64,000 nucleotides of DNA from Tubulanus polymorphus (Eukaryota; Animalia; Nemertea): contig NC_134033.1 in the NCBI RefSeq assembly GCF_964204645.1, forward strand, positions 516,131-580,130, given 5' to 3'. The notes beneath the pieces were generated by a model. It saw only the letters and a list, made by a program, of their open reading frames with translations. It was not told where the DNA came from and searched no databases. Made by a program: the position numbers and the translations under genes. The number at the start of each line of letters is the position of its first letter. Within the stretch, counting starts at the first letter, position 1. Of this stretch, positions 12,911-25,229 are shown piece after piece.

Positions 12911-13847
12911 AAAAAAACTCTCCGCGGAAACGAAAATGCGCTAAATAAAATTACCGGAACGGATCAGAAAACCGAAATAATAGATGAACTCCCTGATAGA
13001 TCGATAAATCTCACAATAGTGGGATCAACTTAGTATACCGAAACACATTCAGAATGTGGAGAACCAACAACCCTGACCTCTCGAGTTTTCCCTGCCCTAA
13101 AAATTCTTTTATTCATTATCACTCTTTATTCTTAAACGTAACGATTCATCCATTCTTTTCTCTCACACTCAGGGGCAGCCCTCCATCCCGCATCCAGCTG
13201 CAGGCAAAGAGACGCACAGTCCTGTGACGCACCCAGCTTTATATCCACTGGCTACAGCAAGTTTGTCCAAACACATTGGACGCCCGCACACAGTGGGCTT
13301 CAAAAATCTATCCAAACACATTGGATCGCTAAAAATTTGGTCCAAACACATCGCAAAGCCAAGCTGTGAACCACCACAACCGCACAAACACGTCCGACAG
13401 CGAGGAAAACCAAAGCCAAACTGATTTCTTCCCTCTGTCCGCAGCGCCACCTAGTGAGAATAATGGCACAACACAGTTTTGTGGTGTTGCATGAATGTGT
13501 TCATGGAAAAATTGAAGTTTTGAAGATTTTCTGCCTCAAAAAGTCAAGGGGCACATTTTCGAAATATAAGGAAGTAGTAATAGATTTATGAGCGAATTCA
13601 ACCTTGCATTGAATGGCAAAATGGAGCTGTAGTGGGCTGAAATACAAGGAGATGACGATTCAATGGCGAAAGTGTAACGGATGAGCATATTTTGCAATGG
13701 TCTTGCAAGAATCTTGTCTCAGCCGGGCATAAAGCAGTATCGCAGTATTCTGGAATACTTTGACCGTGTCCAATTAAATCTAGGCCTTCATTCAATCGGT
13801 TTTTTTTTTTAATCTAAGCTCAAAACCCATTAGTTCAACAAAGCAAT

Positions 13848-13893
13848 AGCAGCGGCAGAGCAGCAGCAGCATCAGCAGCATCAGCAGCAGCGG
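13848..13893. repeat. (CAG)n microsatellite
   Basis: Imperfect cagcagcagcatcagcag run. Confidence 0.7.
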
Positions 13894-14283
13894 CGCCTGG
13901 ACAGCACACCGACCTGGGTCATGAGCATTCAATGACTAGATCTTGGGTTCCTGGCCAAAATATCAAATGTTTGACGAAAACCGACTCGATTTAAAACTAA
14001 CAAACGTCATGACTCATAAATTTTAAATTTTTTATACTTTAATGAAGAACTCGAAATGATAGATTTAAAGATGGCCGCTCCGATGTAATTCCCCCAATGC
14101 ACAATCTAAGATGCGGGTGCGCCAAATGCAAAATCAAAAACAGGCTATTGATGATGTCATAGGGGGATATTACGATGATGTCATAGGGGGATATTACGAT
14201 GATGTCATAGGGGGATTTCGATGAACAGGACATGACGTCAATTTTTTGGTATCGAAGGAGACACAATTTCGCGACGTCATTAC

Positions 14284-16672
14284 TTAAACGCAAGAAATCA
14301 TCGGACGCAACGGTTTGGCAGCACTTGCAGGATGTGCCACCCAGCCGCACTGCTGCCCAGCAGGGCAATGCGTTACACCCGTGTAGGCATTCTGAACCTG
14401 TTAATTAGAGAAAACAGAAAATATTAAACAAAATATTTATTCAACTTCATATCATCTTACATAACTCAGAATCAGACTGATTCATCTATGGTTAAAATGA
14501 GGACGACATCAGTATTCCTGAAGGTGACTATTAGGATATAGTCAAAACGTTGAATAAACTACACTAGCTCAAGGAATACAGTATTCCTGAAGATGACTAT
14601 TAGGATATAGTCGAAACGTTGAATAAACTGCACTAGCTCAAGGAATACAGTATTCCTGAAGATGACTATTAGGATAAAGTCGAAACGTTGAACAGACTAC
14701 ACTAGCTCAAGGAATACAGTATTCCTGAAGATGACTATTAGGATAAAGTCGAGACGCTGAATAAACTACACTAGCTCAAGGAATACAGTATTCCTGAAGA
14801 TGACTATTAGGATATAGTCGAAACGTTGAATAAACTACACTAGCTCAAGGAATACAGTATTCCTGAAGATGACTATTAGGATATAGTCGAAACGTTGAAT
14901 AAACTACACTAGCTCAAGGAATACAGTATTCCTGAAGATGACTATTAGGATATAGTCGAAACGTTGAATAAACTACACTAGCTCAAGGAATACAGTATTC
15001 CTGAAGGTGACTATTAGGATATAGTCAAAACGTTGAATAAACTACACTAGCTCAAGGAATACAGTATTCCTGAAAATGTCTATTAGGAAAAAGTCGAAAC
15101 GTTGAATAAACTACACTAGCTCAAGGAATACAATACAGTATTTCTGAAGATGTATATTAGGATATAGTCAAAACGTTGAATAAACTACACTAGCTCAAGG
15201 AGACATTTCATACTCTTTTTATTTTTAGTGTGCAGGGATTTTATATCAACTTTACAACACGCAATCAGAGTTTATTCCATCAATCGTCATATGCATGATA
15301 TCCTAATAATATTCGAAATCACGAGTAAAATCCTTAATGAATTATATGAAGATGTATCAAAAATGGAATTGTTTAGTAAAATGCAGCAACGCGTGTTTAT
15401 TCAATGCTTTACTTACCTCACAAGCGGCCGCGATTAAAGCGTCCCTGGCTGAAATATAAAAAAAAATAGAAATCTAGTAATCTAATCAGCCTGAAATCCA
15501 AATGTAATATGCTCCTTGGTTTTACATCATATACTAAAAAGAGAATAGAGAAAACTAAAACGAGTTTAATGAAAAGCGTTGATGAACAAATTGTTTCGAT
15601 ATAAAAACATCGATTAAAGGAAAAGTTTTGATCAGACTTGGAAATATATTCTACTAAACTATATTGCAAATATCAGAAACACCCATGTGAGTGACAAGGC
15701 CTGCACTGAAAGTAGCATAACGGTTTTGGCGAGTGATTTCACGTCGTTTGTTGCTGATACGATGAAAACTCAAGTCAATAATTACATAATATAGAGAATA
15801 GACAAAAATAACCAGCTAAATATGGAGAACGTTTGAACAGGCAGAAACACAGATCTATTTACACCGTCTAATCACGAACTTACTTTGGAATTCATCATCC
15901 TCGTCTCTGCTGATAGAAATCCTGTCGCACTGTGCGGCGCTATCGAGAAAGTGCCCGTTCGAGATACAGTCCAAAACGGTAAACTGAAAAACAAAATTGC
16001 TGGTAGAGTGATAACCTATCACGACATTAAGGCGTGATGCTGTTGCACCGAGTGAGACCAGCGGGTTCGAATCCTGGTGGCTTCACGGCCGAGGACTCGT
16101 CGTGATATTGAGATGAACGATCCAGTGGAGTAAATCTTGGAAACCAACAGCCGAACATGACATGACGTGTAAACTTACTACGGATACATCATTGATTGGG
16201 GGATTATAGGCCTCCTGATAATCCGATACCCAAGCAGGTGCTGTGTGACCAGCTGCAAACACAATCAACTGAAAGAAAAAAAAACAGAATTCAACAACTT
16301 AAGACCAGTCTAAACACCTTTTAGTTCTTTAACCAATCTAACAACTTAAGACCAGTCTAAACACATCTTAGGTTCTATAGCCAAAGCAAGTAATTATTAT
16401 CGACATTTTGGATGAATTGAAAAAGGGAAAAACAAAGAACAATTTAGCAGTAAAAGTAGATTATACTAATTACGGGGCGGCACCAGTAATCTAATCATAT
16501 AAGTAATATTACGATTTTCTAAACATCTGATCTCATCTTAATGTTACTCTTTTTTCTGGCAAATATCATCGGGGAACTTTTTTGCAATTTCGCTAGAAAA
16601 GTTCGAAGCATGAACAGTTTTTACCTGTGTCCCGAGTACGGCAACAGCACAAACCAAAACAGCGAAATTCAT
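14284..16672 (-). CDS. Small secreted cysteine-rich protein, 97 aa, 4 exons, family unknown
   Basis: Exons 16672-16625, 15983-15884, 15448-15417 and 14397-14284 have canonical ag/gt sites and matching phases (0,1,0). They give MNFAVLVCAVAVLGTQFTVLDCISNGHFLDSAAQCDRISISRDEDDEFQTRDALIAAACEVQNAYTGVTHCPAGQQCGWVAHPASAAKPLRPMISCV*, with a hydrophobic signal-like N-terminus and 6 downstream Cys. Confidence 0.65.
14510..15200 (+). ncRNA. Tandem array of ten 69-bp units, each a minimal type I hammerhead ribozyme motif
   Basis: Unit layout: TATTC (stem I) CTGAAGA (core) T GACTAT-taggat-ATAGTC (stem II) GAAA C GTT (palindromic AACGTT stem III, GUU triplet) GAATA (stem I'). Units start at 14510, 14579, 14648, 14717, 14786, 14855, 14924, 14993, 15062 and 15136. 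Confidence 0.8.
16030..16284 (+). mobile_element. tRNA-derived SINE-like element
   Basis: B-box GGTTCGAATCC at ~16064, a ~200-bp body and an A-rich tail. Confidence 0.5.
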
Positions 16673-18306
16673 GATGAAATTCTGACCACGACGAATGAAA
16701 AAGTGTTAAAACTGTGGCCGTTTATATCGAATTCAGCCGTTTTCAAAGTGTTTGAATTAGAATTCAATCCAATAGGCGATAGTTTCATAGAATAAACATT
16801 AATAAAATATTTCAAGTTTTCTATGCACGAAATCAATAATATATTGCAGGAAAATGAAATGCGCAGTGAAAATTTTATGTTTCAGTGTCCACGAAAATCT
16901 GATATATTAATACGAAACTATATACCAAACAGCGTCGCCGTGGAGAAGAATTGGACCTTAAAATTTTGTGTGGTAGTCAATCATTGTATAAACTAATGCA
17001 ACGGGTGTAAACGGGTGTGAAAATATCTAAAGGGGGCCAAATGGAGGCAGACAAAATTTCAGCCAATCAGTAAGCAGGAATTCTAATTATAGACTCTTAC
17101 TGCATCAAAACAATTCTACATTAAATATCTTTATTTAGGTGCAATGGCCCAGATAGTAGGGGTCAAGGTTAGCATCTCGTGGATTAGGAGTACGAGTCCC
17201 GCGTAGCTTCATACATATTTTGTTTACCTCCGATAGTTCCCGGTCCACGGGTACAGGTCATCAAAGCTCAACGGGCATGGTCACATAGATTTTCAATGGC
17301 CCCACTTAATTCCATTGCGAATAAACAGTTTGAAGTTCTGGCCCAAAGGATATCACCCGTGGTTTCCGCGGGTATTACTCTAGTATTAAATATACTCGAA
17401 ATTAATCTAATCATTTGAATTTCGAACATTTTTTTCCATATCGGTCAAATTAAACCCGCGCAACTGTGGAACTGAATCGATAGTAAAATAAAACCGGGGT
17501 TATCGAAGTCCGAAATAAAATATGGGTAAAATAAGATATAGGATAAATATTCATCGGAATTACGCGAATATTCGAGTCCTGTTGTATAGGCTGGCATCAT
17601 CTTTAACCCGGGGGCTAGAACTCAATTCATTTTCAATTGAGTTAACCTCCGGGTGAAAGATAATTCGAGTCTATAAAACCGAGTCCTGGATGCTAGTAGC
17701 CTCGCAATTCTAACAATAATATCAGAATGGTAAAGATTCAATCGATAATAATTTCACTGAAACTAATAAATGTACAGCTAAAACAATAAGTGTGCATTAT
17801 GGAGTATGCTTATAGAATGTAGCTAGTATTTACTAAAATGGTCATTGATTTTACATTATTGGATTTTCTGGAAACAATTTCATATGAATTCGAACAAGTA
17901 GCACTTATATCCGCTGTGGCTGATCCTGGACCCATTTCCAGGTGTTTTACGTTAATTCAGACGGGCACTTTTGTATTCTTGCTATGACACCTTGACGCCT
18001 CGACCCAGGCCTACTTTCTGGACACGAGAGTCACGTGGTTTTAAAATTCCTCGCCGATCTGGAAACACTGCCGTAATCAGAAAATGATCGCGGGTATCCG
18101 TTTATAATGAATAGAGATATCAGACTTCGTTGAGAGTGTCTGGTACACCATAGAATCGTGGAGCGAGGGAGATCTCTTTGGTGGGAACATCCACGAGGAC
18201 TGTCATACAAAGATGAGTCCATCATTTACTCGAATAGTGTTTAACGTATATTGTACCGCTTGAGTTTTGAAATATACGCCAGGCATCAAAACTATAGGCA
18301 TCAAAT

Positions 18307-18510
18307 CACCACACCTGACTGGTCACCGCACTGAACAGACAAACCTCCAAACTCTGTCAATCGCTACTGGTCTATGGTCTAGTGGTTAGCGTGCTCGACT
18401 GGCATGTTGGAGGTCTGAGGGTCGAGTCCCAGCTAGGGTTAGGGTTAGCGAAGAACCTAGGGTTAGGGTTAGGGTTATGGGCGAGTCGACCCGTAGGGTT
18501 AGGGTTGCGG
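18307..18510 (+). mobile_element. Repeat containing a tRNA-Ala-like pseudo-tRNA followed by TTAGGG repeats (family copy 1)
   Basis: A-box TGGTCTAGTGG, B-box-like GGTCGAGTCC, 6-nt anticodon loop, then (TTAGGG)n blocks. The leader ccacacctgactggtcacc is shared with 54760. Confidence 0.65.
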
Positions 18511-19360
18511 ATCGATCAAGGGTCCGAGAGCACATAAACTGCGCCTGGGGCTGTTTCTCGCGGCCGCCATTTTTTTCCTTCAGCTGGAAGATTCAAGTGT
18601 TTTTTTTATCTAAACCGGGTTTTGAAGAATGAAAGTATCGATGCTTGATAAACCTAATCACAAATAGACCAAGGTTAACCAGGAATCATCTTTGGTCCAT
18701 GCGCATGCGCAGTAATATTTCTAACTCTCAACGCCCCCTAGGTCAGTTTTCAGCCGGCAAGATCGAACACGAAAATCATATTGAAATGTCTCTCTTTGGC
18801 GAAAAGCAGCAATAAGTCATCGACAAGGCTGGCGATGCTTCATCCGATAAACCCGACCCGAATACAACCCGAACTGGAAGTCGCTCGAACACACATTACG
18901 CCAGACGATTCCCAACAATCAGCGCCACCTATAACAGTGGATATCGTAGGGATAACGATATAAGAAGCGCGTCGTTCAACGAAATAAAAGACAAACATTT
19001 GTTAGAAACTCGTCGTTGATCAAATTATATTTACAGATATTCTAAGACACAATTAAGATACTTAAAAATTCAAACAATAAAAACAACATCGATTTCTTTA
19101 CACAGAATTTGTTTTTACAATATCCGAATGAGTATAACTTCAGTGTTGATATTTTCATCAAGGGGTAGGTATATAATACGACATGATACAGTAATTCAAC
19201 CGTCTCTTTCGATGAAGATCAATTTTCACATGCAATTTCAATATAAAGATCGTTATAAAAGGATATATATATTTTTTAGAATTGATATCAAAGTTTTATA
19301 ACAATAAAAGTTCTCATTATACAAACAATTTGTGAATTGTTTTCCCGACTCTTCAGCTGG

Positions 19361-21335
19361 ATTATTTTCCTTTTTCTGGTGGACACGACATTATCCGATC
19401 TCCGAGATACGGATACGGATCTGCTGGGGAGCCAAACCGCACGTCGGTCCTGCATTATGATATCCGAAAAAGAATAACATTCAGATTAATAAGGGATCAT
19501 CCAATCGACATAGCCGGATGACAATGTCACCCCCACTCACCTTACAGGTGTTGTCCATGATGGCTGGCGGTGGTTTAGTTGATGCCGGTGGCTGAAGGAG
19601 GAGACCACTGCGACAGGAGCGTACCCGTTATGTGAGGAAGATGATTGAACTATGTGTCTATCACGTGAACTGGCGGCGGATTTCTGGAATTTAAGAACGA
19701 GCGAAAAATATATCAGAATCAGTTTTAGAAACTTTCAAAATCATTTTTGATACGCATATAGAAATCATCGGAGCGACCCCCGGCTGTCTTATTAACGCAT
19801 CGTCGCTTGCCGGGGTTTGGTTGCTGCCTCCCGCCGAAAACACTGATTGCCGAAACTAACGCCAATTCGATCATCATCATTATCTCGTCCGGTGACGCGT
19901 CCGAAGAATTCCATCATTATTCTCTCGTCCGGTCCCGTGTCCAGTTAATTTGATCATGATCATCTCGTCCGGTTCCGCTTCCGGTAAATCGGAGCGCCAT
20001 TCTTAGGTCCGGTGCCGCGTCCGGTGAATTCGATCATCATTCTCAGGTCCGGTGAATGTCGATGCAGCACTGTTGGAGCATGGACGGTTGGAGCCGGATG
20101 GATGGAGCTAGAGCTCCTCCTCTGCTGTCTAATTGGTATCTATATTGTTATGCGCGGTCGAGAAGATTCACAATGTCCGTGTACGGTGAATCTATACGAG
20201 TGGGGAATCCCACTATGAATCAGCCAAACCTGTGGATTCTTGAGAAGATTCGTATATTTGAGCAACGTTTCCGCTAAAGACAATTCAGCCACCAACACTT
20301 GCGCGCTGAAACTTCTCGTGTATATTAATATTATTACGTTCATCGAGTACAGCTCTAACTAATGAACACTTCGTGGATTCGCGCCTTGTAGGTTTTTGTT
20401 TTATCTATACAACGAGGGCCGAGTTATCTATAGGTACACGCCACGCCTGCATCATGGCCGTACGGGGCCGAGTTATCTATAGGTACACGCAACGCAACGC
20501 AACGCCACGCAACGCAACGCAAAAGTGTCCACGATAAAGTAAAGGCCAAACACCGATTCAATATCCTGCTGCAAGTCTATGTTTGACACGGCCCACTTGA
20601 GCGGCAAGTAAATGCGAATGACCGATCAGACGGATACGGATTCGATGATGCGGCTCTAGCAAACGCTAACGCCTTCTGATGGGTGTAATACGGACGGAAG
20701 AAGCAGCGGATCCATTGTTCGTTCGTTAACTGAAAGTTGCAAATATCTACGATACAGTTACGGAGAAAGTGGATTGTTTGTTCGCTCCCCGAGTCCACGA
20801 GTCTCACACACAACTCTGGACAACCAGTGAACGCGCGCATGTCTACGATGAAACCACGGAAGAGCTGATTACCGAGTTCATCTTACCAGTTCGTGATGGT
20901 TTCCGATAGTTAGTTACCTAATCGTCGGTGGTAAGCTTTTTATAATCGGATGGGCTTATACCGATGGGCTTATATGTGGTTTGTGAAAATATCCGATCGT
21001 GAAACTAAACCACAGACGGGTTACTGACTAGATGATTGAATCGTTCTATATCGCTGATTCTGTGCGCACCATTCGATTTCACACCTTCCAGTAAGCAATT
21101 AAAAGCGCACGTGTGTCTACGATGGTTGAGTTGATCCAGTTTCAAATTGGTGATAATCTCCGAGACGTCGATCGGTTCAGTCTTAAAGAGCGCTAACAGT
21201 TTCACTCGTGTCCAGTCTATTCGACGAGTTCCTCCAACGCGAAACTCTCAACTCAACGGAGCGTAGTAAATGCTCGATGAGCAGTTCATCGCGATTCAAT
21301 TGCGTACCGGTCTCTCGCTAATCGTAAGCGCTCTA
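19361..21335 (-). pseudogene. Decayed multi-exon coding region, product unknown
   Basis: Two phase-compatible 3' exons (~19683-19541 KSAASSRDRH...; ~19449-19361 ...PYPYLGDRIMSCPPEKGK*). Upstream exon-like blocks (19755-20305, 20580-20842, 21030-21332) carry splice-like ends but also stops and frameshifts. Confidence 0.35.
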
Positions 21336-22437
21336 TGAAAATGAATACAAGAACATTTTTTAGCTTTAAATTCGTTCATTAAAGATCAGACCATCGCGCG
21401 CTAACAGCATCACACCTATACCTACAGTTACAGTTACTAGTATACCTTCATTTCGAAGCAGCGATCTTGTATTCAGCAACTTCATGATCTTTAGATTCAG
21501 CATTCCTCGATATTTCAGAATTCTAACCATTATTGACAGTCAGTGCGATGCGGTTATTTCATTGATATGCACATTTTCTTACCTTATAATATATAGTTGT
21601 ACACAATGTATAAGTTTACATAAAACTTCTGGAAATATACAAGGCGCTGATCGGTGGCTTTCGGTAATTCTGAATTCCGACTGAAAACATCGATCGATCA
21701 CGGCAGCGCTCATTCTATCAAACTAGGAATTAGCTGCACCGATCTCCCGTGCACTTTAACTATTGCTTAAAAACACGAACATTCAATACAATATCTGCTA
21801 TAGGTTACTCTGATTCAACAAACTTTTCTTCAAAGTCGCCCTCTTAAAACAAACAGAAACATTTGACAACTTTTCCGGTCAACTTTTTCAGGTCCATCCT
21901 CTTAAAACAACCACAGCTTCCGCGACAACTTTTCCGACGCAAATTTTAAGACATAAGCAAAATGTATTAATTTTATTACGAAATGCAGCAAAGCAAATTT
22001 CATATAGTCGCCTATTTGCTAATAACTAGAATCAAGTAATTATCTAATTACTCGATGAAAATCAAAATAGCTACGTAGAACATCATCTCCATCTAAAGCG
22101 TATAGGAGGACAAGTATTTACAGCATTTTAAGTAGATCTCAGTCGCAATTTAACTAGTGAATTATGAATGCAAATTAATATAGGAAGCAATGGATGAGTG
22201 ATATTTACAAAATTAAAGAGATACAATTAACACAATAGTCACAGTAGAAGATTACATTTACATTTACACTAATTCAATACCAAGTGTAACATACTTGTCA
22301 AACATAGAGTTTACAAACCGTTTTTGCAAAAAGTCATTATTTATTCGAAGCTACAAGAACAATATTCACCTCGACCAATGCAAAATGCTATTTTTCGAAT
22401 TATCTCAAAAGCATTATTCTTATCTATAGTGCACGCG

Positions 22438-22927
22438 CAGGGTCTATCGTTTACCTGGTGCCAGGCTGCTACATGTAACAACTTTTATACTGTAGAAATT
22501 CATACGATTTCATTATAATCATCATAATTCCATTTGCTCCTAAAAATTATATATTCACAATCTCAAACAAACCAAGCCCGGGTCCCAGGGTTCAAACTGC
22601 AGTCTCACAGTTCAGGCTGCAGTCCCACAGTTCAGAACCCGGTCCCACAGTTCAGAACCTGGTCCAACAGGGTCTATCGTTTACCTGGTGCCAGGCTGCT
22701 ACATGTAAAAACTTCTATACTCTAGAAATTCATACGATTTCATTATAATCATCATAATACCATTTGCTCCTAAAAATTATATATTCACAATCTCAAACAA
22801 ACCAAGCCCGGGTCCCAGGGTTCAAACTGCAGTCTCACAGTTCAGGCTGCAGTCCCACAGTTCAGAACCCAGCCCCGCAGTTCGGAACCCAGACCCACAG
22901 TTCAGGACCTGGTCCCACAGTTCAGAA
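22438..22927. repeat. 230-bp tandem duplication
   Basis: cagggtctatcgtttacctggtgcc... occurs at 22438 and 22668, near-identical. Confidence 0.9.
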
Positions 22928-24479
22928 ATTTCTAAATTTCAATGTTAAAACATTGGAAATAAACTGACTGCCAATCTAGAGTGAAACGTTCACCGACATC
23001 GATAGAACTGGGTTCAGAGGTGTGAGACTGGATCCTCAACTCCCGAACTAATACCGGTTTATCTAAACTGAGTCTAGTTTGACCGAGTTTACCTCAAGCC
23101 CGGCTAAAGTCTTATTTTAACGTCTGCCAATTTGATGGTCACGTGACAGGTGATGAACCGGCAAACGCGATCGTCTCCGTACGGGAAGTGGTTCTTCTCG
23201 TCGCCTCTGAGGTGGCGCTGCGTGGCGACGGCCTCGTTCCGACGATCTATCGCGATCTCGTCTGTCGCCGCTAGGTGGCGCTGTAGATAACGCAGCGGAA
23301 TTACCTATAATCGTCACAACAGAACATGCGTAAAATTTATCAATACATTTTCATTGATTCACAGGGAATTTTCAGAATTTTTAGCCAATCAGCGACAGAG
23401 GTATACAGCTATTATTGCCAGCTGCCCTCTATCCATTTTACGGGATAAAACAAATAGATGATCCTTGGCAAGGTTCCAGAATGCTGGACAATCTTGATAC
23501 TGGACTAGGAGTTAGGTGCAATACTAGAGGGCGCTGGCCAATTCGGTACGTGTCACCTTGATAATATCGCAACGGACTATTTCGGGGTTGAGAAACTCGC
23601 GTTTGCGATCGGGACCTCGATTTATCTGAGACGATTTATCGTCTGATCATTTACTGAAGACCTACAACTCGACCTCCAGATCACCAGTCGTAGCGCTATT
23701 CGTTTCACAATGTGTCGGTATAATCGAAAATCTGTTATTCCATCTTAATCAGAACAAGTCGTTTTATCACCATTGATGAAACGCTCTTCACCGAGTTCTA
23801 CTTTACATCCATCTAGTTTGTAACTATGTTTTTCGGTCACATTGCTGAAGAAAGTCGAATCGTTCTAAGAATGAAATGTTTCCCCGAGTTTACGATTACT
23901 ATTAATGGTGTTGATGCCGATGATTTCTACTGTATTCAGTTTCCTGCGTTTGTCGTCGAAACTGTTTGCGTGTCCTCGTCTCGACGCTACCACTAGCCAT
24001 GTTCATTCTGAGGGAGACTTTACACTCTCATCTCTCTGACTATTAACATGCGTAAAACAGCCGTTCTTGTTCTTTGTATTACGTATGATATCACGGTTAT
24101 TGTTCGCAGCATGATGCGTGATCGTATTCGGATACTTTTTGGCTATCGAGTTGAAACTTCACTTTCCTAACAGCTCAAAATTTTCATTTGAATTCCAGTC
24201 ATTAAAGTGAGTGCATTTATATGGTGGTTGTTCACTGCGGTATTCTTGACTCATCTATGAACCATGTACTGCTGGACGTGTCACTGGTTCCCCGTTCAAC
24301 TCATTCACAATATATACATCAATAATAACTTCATCTACCTTCATCAACTAGATTTACCACAAACAACATCACGGGTACCGCCCTACTACATGTATTGACC
24401 ATCTTTAGCTAGACTTTGTTTTCAATGCCAAAACTGTTTCTATACAAATTAATTCCTCCACTTGTCTCAGGATCATAAT

Positions 24480-24780
24480 GTTGTCTCAGGAGCCTTTTGT
24501 TGTCTCCCAGTTGTCTCAGGAGCCTTTTGTTGTCTCCCAGTTGTCTCAGGAGCCTTTTTTTGTCTCCAAGTTGTCCCAGGAGCCTTTTGTTGTCTCCAAG
24601 TTGTCCCAGGAGCCTTTTGTTGTCTCCAAGTTGTCGCAGTAGCCTTTTGTTGTCTCCAAGTTGTCGCAGGAGCCTTTTGTTGTCTCCCAGTTGTCCCAGG
24701 AGCCTTTTGTTGTCTCCAAGTTGTCGCAGGAGCCTTTTGTTGTCTCCCAGTTGTCCCAGGTGACTTCCAGTTGTCCCTAG
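24480..24780. repeat. 30-bp minisatellite (ttgtctcaggagccttttgttgtctcccag) x~10
   Basis: Direct tandem units that generate several overlapping spurious ORFs. Confidence 0.9.
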
Positions 24781-25229
24781 ACTATATACATCAGACTTCT
24801 TTACCACCATCGAATGTCGCAACTTGTCAACATGCTTATCCATCGACTGGTTATCTGCTGGACTGTGGTTGTGCGATGTTTTGACACTTGTTGCCTCTTT
24901 GCCTAAGGACTTCTGTTCATTACTTCACTATAGTATTTATGAGCGCTTCTATCATACCAGCACGCTTACTGCTTGTCACTCATTTACGAATTCTGTGTGA
25001 CTTCTGTCTCTGGTTCATATCTAACTGTTCAATTACATCGTGCTTCGTCACAGAAGTTTTCACACTATTCAGCTTCTACTGAAGTTTCAGGTTGACTAAC
25101 TCGAACAGTTCTACTATAAATAGCACACCCTCTCCGATAATCGCTTGCCCGCGTGACAAAAAACTACAATTGACGACCCTTCATCGCTACGATCTACACT
25201 ACATTATCAAAAATCTTCACAAAATATTC

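Noticed and set aside
14039-14368. Cys-rich toxin-like ORF (CNALPCWAAVRLGGTSCKCC)
   Set aside because: That frame would need a phase-1 junction, which puts TGA in the upstream exon. The phase-0 frame closes cleanly at 14284.
14510-15200. CRISPR array interpretation of the regular repeats (also 43916-44703 and 54010-54642)
   Set aside because: There are no unique spacers and no cas genes, the context is eukaryotic, and whole units are repeated.
18369-18440. Functional tRNA genes (also 54860-54932 and 34548-34612)
   Set aside because: 6-nt anticodon loops, poor acceptor stems and embedding in repeats indicate pseudo-tRNA or SINE heads.
24409-24884. Overlapping ORFs of 88-144 aa
   Set aside because: These are products of a stop-free 30-bp minisatellite. 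Flanking sequence looks faintly coding but has stops in the frames checked.
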